Assembly: GCA_964439745.1 (NCBI GenBank)
Contig: CAYTQK010000001.1
Span: 1 to 40,512 of the forward strand
DNA: 40,512 bases
Origin: an uncultured Desulfobacterales bacterium
GTDB taxonomy: Bacteria; Desulfobacterota; Desulfobacteria; Desulfobacterales; Desulfosudaceae
Reading direction: 5' to 3'
Shown here piece after piece: positions 37,138 to 40,512 of this stretch (within the stretch, counting starts at the first letter, position 1; each line of letters starts with the position of its first letter). The translations under genes and the position numbers were made by a program. The notes under the pieces are model-generated. The model searched no databases. It had not been told where the DNA came from and was given only the letters and a program-made list of their open reading frames with translations.

Positions 37138-38115
37138 GTGCATATCGATATTCTGGCTACAGAATCCCTGGGCGTGCGCGGTCTGTGCTGCGCCGTGCGA
37201 ACCCGGCAGGGCCGTTTCCTGATCGACCCCGGCCTGGCCCTGGGCTTCATCCGGGAGGGCCTGCCTCCCCACCCGATCCAGGTGGCCGCCGGGGAAACCG
37301 CTGCCCGCCGCATCGTCCGGCACCTGGCCGCAGCCACGGATGTAATTTTTTCCCATTTTCACGGGGACCATGTGCCCCTGGCCGAGGCCAACCCCTACCA
37401 GTTGCCCCTGGCCGAGGTGGCCCCCCTGCTGCGCCGCCCCCGCCTGTGGGCCAAGGACACCCGGGGCGAACCGGCCGGGTTTGCCGCCCGAGAACGGGCC
37501 ATTGCCGCCGCGGCCGGGCAACCCCTGCGCCGCTGCCAAGCTTCCCGCACCGGCTGCCTGACCTTTTCCGACGCCATGCCTCATGGCAATCCCCAGTCCG
37601 GGCTGGGGCAGGTCATGATGACCCGGATCGAGGAAGACGACCAGGTGTTTGTCCATGCTTCCGATATCCAGCTGCTGGACAATGAACCGATTGAACAGAT
37701 TGCGGACTGGCATCCCACGATCCTGCTGGTAAGCGGTCCGCCCCTCTACCGGCATCTCCATCCGGCAGAAGTCACAGCCGCCGCCAACCGCGTCCGCCGG
37801 CTGGCGCGCCGCCTGAACTGCTGCCTTATTGATCACCACCTGCTGCGAAGCCGGGAGGGAATCCGCTGGCTGGATGACCTGCACCGGGAAACCGCCGGGG
37901 TGGTCTGCTGCGCCGCTGATTATGCCGGTCAGCCGCGCCGCCTGCTGGAAGCCGACCGCAGCCGCTTGTACGCCGACCATCCGGTCAGCGAAAACTGGCA
38001 TGACAGGTATCAGCGCCGCAAGCTGAGCCTGCCGGCCGGGACAGGCGATCCCGGCCCAGCGGCCGAACCACTGCCCATGCCGCCCGCCGGCCACAAGGAT
38101 CAACACACCGCATGA
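37138..38115 (+). CDS. Metallo-beta-lactamase-fold protein resembling the mainly archaeal UPF0282 family
   Basis: GTG start after AGGTGA. Motifs are HIDILATESLGVRG...FLIDPG...IFSHFHGDH...MPHG...FVHASDIQ...LLVSGPPLY...LIDHHLLRS. The family assignment is from memory of the UPF0282 pattern and is not a search result. Confidence 0.7.
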   Translation: MHIDILATESLGVRGLCCAVRTRQGRFLIDPGLALGFIREGLPPHPIQVAAGETAARRIVRHLAAATDVIFSHFHGDHVPLAEANPYQLPLAEVAPLLRRPRLWAKDTRGEPAGFAARERAIAAAAGQPLRRCQASRTGCLTFSDAMPHGNPQSGLGQVMMTRIEEDDQVFVHASDIQLLDNEPIEQIADWHPTILLVSGPPLYRHLHPAEVTAAANRVRRLARRLNCCLIDHHLLRSREGIRWLDDLHRETAGVVCCAADYAGQPRRLLEADRSRLYADHPVSENWHDRYQRRKLSLPAGTGDPGPAAEPLPMPPAGHKDQHTA

Positions 38116-38327
38116 AAAACCAGCCCGCCCCCCGGCCCTGCAAATGGTACCCGGTCTGCCCCATGAAAAGGTTTACCGAAGAGGGACGACTTGACCGCCG
38201 CTGGATAGAGGCGTATTGTCTGAAGGGCAACCGGGACTGTGTGCGGTTCCAGATGGAGGAAAAAGGACAGTATCATCCGGACAATATGCTGCCGGATGGC
38301 ACCATTGATCCCGGGCTGCCAGCCTGA
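38112..38327 (+). CDS. Small (71 aa) four-cysteine protein, CX5C...CX6C; function unknown
   Basis: MKNQPAPRPCKWYPVCPMKRFTEEGRLDRRWIEAYCLKGNRDCVRFQMEEKGQYHPDNMLPDGTID. Its ATG overlaps the TGA of the MBL gene (ATGA at 38112..38115), which suggests translational coupling. Codon usage is GC-rich like its neighbours. Confidence 0.65.
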   Translation: MKNQPAPRPCKWYPVCPMKRFTEEGRLDRRWIEAYCLKGNRDCVRFQMEEKGQYHPDNMLPDGTIDPGLPA

Positions 38328-38373
38328 CTGCGGTCCCGGGAACAAAGTTTTTTCGATTTGCGGACAAAGGACA

Positions 38374-40257
38374 TTGACACATCCTCCCGGAAACATACGG
38401 CCGACCGGCGGTATTGCCCTGGTCTCCGCGCCCTGGCCCATGTTCAGCCGGCCTTCGATTCAGCTGGGCGCGCTGAAGGCCTATCTGCGGGCCCAGCTGC
38501 CGCAGGTGCCGGTCACCGCGCACCATTTTTTCCTGGAGGCGGCCGCGGCCGTCGGCTATCCCCTTTACCGCCTTCTGGCCAGGGAAACCTGGCTGGCCGA
38601 AAGCGTCTACGCCGCCCTACTGTATCCGGAGCAGCGCGAGTCCGCCGCCCGCCTGTTTGCCCGGCAGGCCGGGCGATTTCCGGAACTGCGGAGCCAGGAT
38701 TTCGACGCCCTGGTCCGCCGGGTGGATGCCGCCAGCGAAGCCTTCATCCGGCGGACGGAGTGGCGCACCCTGCTGCTGGCAGGCTTTTCCATCTGCTTGT
38801 GCCAGTTAACCGCCTCTTTATATCTCATGCGCCGGATCCGGGCGGCAGCGCCGGACCTGGTGCTGGTGGCCGGCGGCGCCATCGGCGGAGAAGCCACGGC
38901 CGCTGACCTGCTGCACGTCTTTCCGGAAATCGACCTGATCATCCTCGGCGAAGGCGAACTGCCGCTGACCCGCCTGGCCGATCATCTTTCCGCCGGCGGC
39001 AGCCTCCGGGAACTGTCCGATTTTCCCGGTATCATGGACCGGCACCGGCCTCAGCGCAAAAGCGACCGGCCGCGCGCTTTTTCCCAGCTGCCCGACCTGG
39101 GACCGCTGCCCATGCCCGATTACACGGATTACTTTGCGGCCATGAAGGACCTGCCGCCGGGCCAGCGCTTCTTTGCGACGCTGCCGGTGGAATCCTCCCG
39201 CGGCTGCTGGTGGCGCGGCAGGCAACCGTCCGGTGCGCACAGCTTTCGCGGCTGCGCCTTCTGCAACCTGAACAACCAGTGGCAGGGATACCGGGTCAAA
39301 CCGGCTGCCCGGGTGGTCGCCGAAGTCGACCGGCTCACCGCCGCCCACCGGGTACTTTCCGTGGCCTTCATGGACAACGCCCTGCCCCCCCAAAAAAGCC
39401 GCTCCCTGTTTCAGGCCCTGGCCGACCAGGGCAAAGACCTGCAGTGTTTCGCCGAGCTGCGGGCGACCACCTCGCCGGAGACCCTGGCCAGTCTCCGGGC
39501 GGCCGGCATGTCCGAGGTCCAGATCGGCATCGAAGCCCTGAGCACGCGCCTGCTCCGGAAACTCAACAAGGGCACCACCGCCATGGACAACCTGGCCGCC
39601 ATGAAATACTGCCAGGCCCTGGGCATCAAGAACCTGGCCAACCTGATCATCCATTTTCCCGGCAGCGACGAGGAGGATGTGGCCGAGACCCTGCGCACCC
39701 TGCGTTATGCCCGGTTTTTTCAGCCCCTGCGGATAGTCCACTTCTGGCTGGGCCGGCACAGCCCGGTCGCCGAACATCCCCGGGACTTCGGCCTCACGGC
39801 GGTGTTCAACCATCCTTTTTACCGGTATTTATTTCCCGAACAAATCGTCCGCCAGGTTCGTTTTCCCCTCCTGGACTACCGCGGCGACAAGCAGGTCCAG
39901 CGCAAATTGTGGCAGCCGGTGGTCCGGGCGGTCAAACAATGGCAGGACACCTATCCCCGCCTGCGTAGTGCGGCCGGGGACGGCCCCATCCTGACCTGCC
40001 GGGATGGTAAAGACTTTCTGCTCCTGCGGGAGCAGCGGCTCGAAGAGGGGCCGGCCAACCACCGGCTGGAAGCCGCCTCCCGCCAGATTTATCTCTTCTG
40101 CGACCGGCCGCGGCCGGTGGAAGAAGTCTGTCAGCATTTTTCCCCGCTGCCGGCCGACCGCGTCCGGGCTTTTCTGGCCATGATGGCCGACAAGGACCTG
40201 ATGTATGAAGCGGACGGACAGGTGCTCAGCCTGGCCGTGCCGGAAACACATCGATAG
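38374..40257 (+). CDS. Class B (cobalamin-binding domain) radical SAM enzyme of the RiPP-maturase/C-methyltransferase-like type
   Basis: The N-terminus IALVSAPWPMFSRPSIQLGALKAYL and the B12-domain-like LVLVAGGAIGG...DLIILGEGELPL fit this type. The radical SAM site is ESSRGCWWRGRQPSGAHSFRGCAFCNLN. The start is uncertain: TTG 38374 (my preference, no overlap), ATG 38296, or ATG 38239 (the track start, 89-nt overlap). Confidence 0.8.
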   Translation: MTHPPGNIRPTGGIALVSAPWPMFSRPSIQLGALKAYLRAQLPQVPVTAHHFFLEAAAAVGYPLYRLLARETWLAESVYAALLYPEQRESAARLFARQAGRFPELRSQDFDALVRRVDAASEAFIRRTEWRTLLLAGFSICLCQLTASLYLMRRIRAAAPDLVLVAGGAIGGEATAADLLHVFPEIDLIILGEGELPLTRLADHLSAGGSLRELSDFPGIMDRHRPQRKSDRPRAFSQLPDLGPLPMPDYTDYFAAMKDLPPGQRFFATLPVESSRGCWWRGRQPSGAHSFRGCAFCNLNNQWQGYRVKPAARVVAEVDRLTAAHRVLSVAFMDNALPPQKSRSLFQALADQGKDLQCFAELRATTSPETLASLRAAGMSEVQIGIEALSTRLLRKLNKGTTAMDNLAAMKYCQALGIKNLANLIIHFPGSDEEDVAETLRTLRYARFFQPLRIVHFWLGRHSPVAEHPRDFGLTAVFNHPFYRYLFPEQIVRQVRFPLLDYRGDKQVQRKLWQPVVRAVKQWQDTYPRLRSAAGDGPILTCRDGKDFLLLREQRLEEGPANHRLEAASRQIYLFCDRPRPVEEVCQHFSPLPADRVRAFLAMMADKDLMYEADGQVLSLAVPETHR

Positions 40258-40411
40258 GATTTTGGTCTTTGTCCACTCCCCCTCTGATTTTTACACAAAT
40301 TTAACAGCTTTCTAAACGATTTTTAATTTTCGCGGCCATAAAATAGAACCGTGACAGCGACGGCTTTCGGCGCGCTGGCAGGCAGTGCAAATGTCGAAAA
40401 GAGGTGATTTC

Positions 40412-40512
40412 ATGATAAATTCCCTGAAGGCGGATCTTCACGTCCACTCCCGTTTCTCTACCCGGCCCCCCTACTGGGTGCTGCAAAAACCCGGCTGCGC
40501 GGAGAGTTATGT
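40412..40512 (+). CDS. PHP (polymerase/histidinol-phosphatase) domain protein, N-terminal fragment running off the window
   Basis: Not in the ORF track because it is open at the edge. MINSLKADLHVHSRFSTRPPYWVLQKPGCAESY carries the DLHxHS metal-binding motif. RBS GAGGTG lies 5 nt upstream. The in-frame ATG at 40391 is an alternative start. Confidence 0.6.
   Translation, partial: MINSLKADLHVHSRFSTRPPYWVLQKPGCAESY

Noticed and set aside
38239-38373. Track start (ATG 38239) for the B12-radical SAM gene
   Set aside because: It would overlap the 4-Cys ORF by 89 nt and add a Cys/Arg-rich N-terminus unlike the family. Homologues, as I recall them, start a few residues before the (I/V)ALVxxP motif. 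That favours TTG 38374, though ATG 38296 remains possible.
19143-39813. Other long ORFs opposite annotated genes: 19143..20216(-), 21110..22030(+), 22787..24529(-), 25832..27067(-), 27251..28759(-), 28799..29563(-), 32340..33488(-), 35859..36701(-), 37096..38106(-), 38818..39813(-)
   Set aside because: Each lies fully antisense to a gene with strong family motifs. They lack RBSs and show the G/R/P/H/A-rich composition expected from third-position GC bias on the opposite strand.

Overview
Visibly GC-rich bacterial chromosomal segment. Gene content suggests an anaerobic Desulfobacterota (deltaproteobacterial) genome, but that is inference only. I can support about 31 protein-coding genes. I saw no rRNA, tRNA, CRISPR array, transposase or integrase.

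Layout:
1. 1..4756: an RNase II-family exoribonuclease on the minus strand, missing from the ORF track because it is open at the window edge. Then a YmdB-like macro-domain protein, and a HesB/IscA-like gene that is only intact if TGA 3065..3067 is read as selenocysteine. Then a crotonase and a nitroreductase.
2. 5039..11898: a Liv-type ABC importer (two permeases, binding protein, two ATPases) directly abutting an acyl-CoA synthetase.
3. 11895..22384: a phosphoribosyltransferase remnant, an HPF/cold-shock-domain fusion, an orphan radical SAM enzyme, Hsp20 and PpdK. Then a small ORF plus an APH-like kinase/P-loop fusion, and a GMC oxidoreductase.
4. 22814..29893: an acyl-CoA cluster. It has an SCPx-type thiolase, a nitroreductase-like protein, a 2x[4Fe-4S] ferredoxin::acyl-CoA synthetase fusion, and a catalytic plus non-catalytic acyl-CoA dehydrogenase pair.
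5. 30099..36989: an internally duplicated 1375-aa envelope protein followed by an MscK-like channel.
6. 37138..end: a UPF0282-like MBL-fold protein and an ATGA-coupled 71-aa four-Cys protein. Then a B12-type radical SAM of the RiPP-maturase kind with an expanded CX15CX2C motif, and the start of a PHP-domain gene.

Best candidates for something undescribed are block 6, the duplicated envelope protein with its channel, the ferredoxin-ligase/ACAD cluster and the recoded selenoprotein. Many long ORFs in the track are antisense shadows of real genes, which is typical of high-GC DNA.
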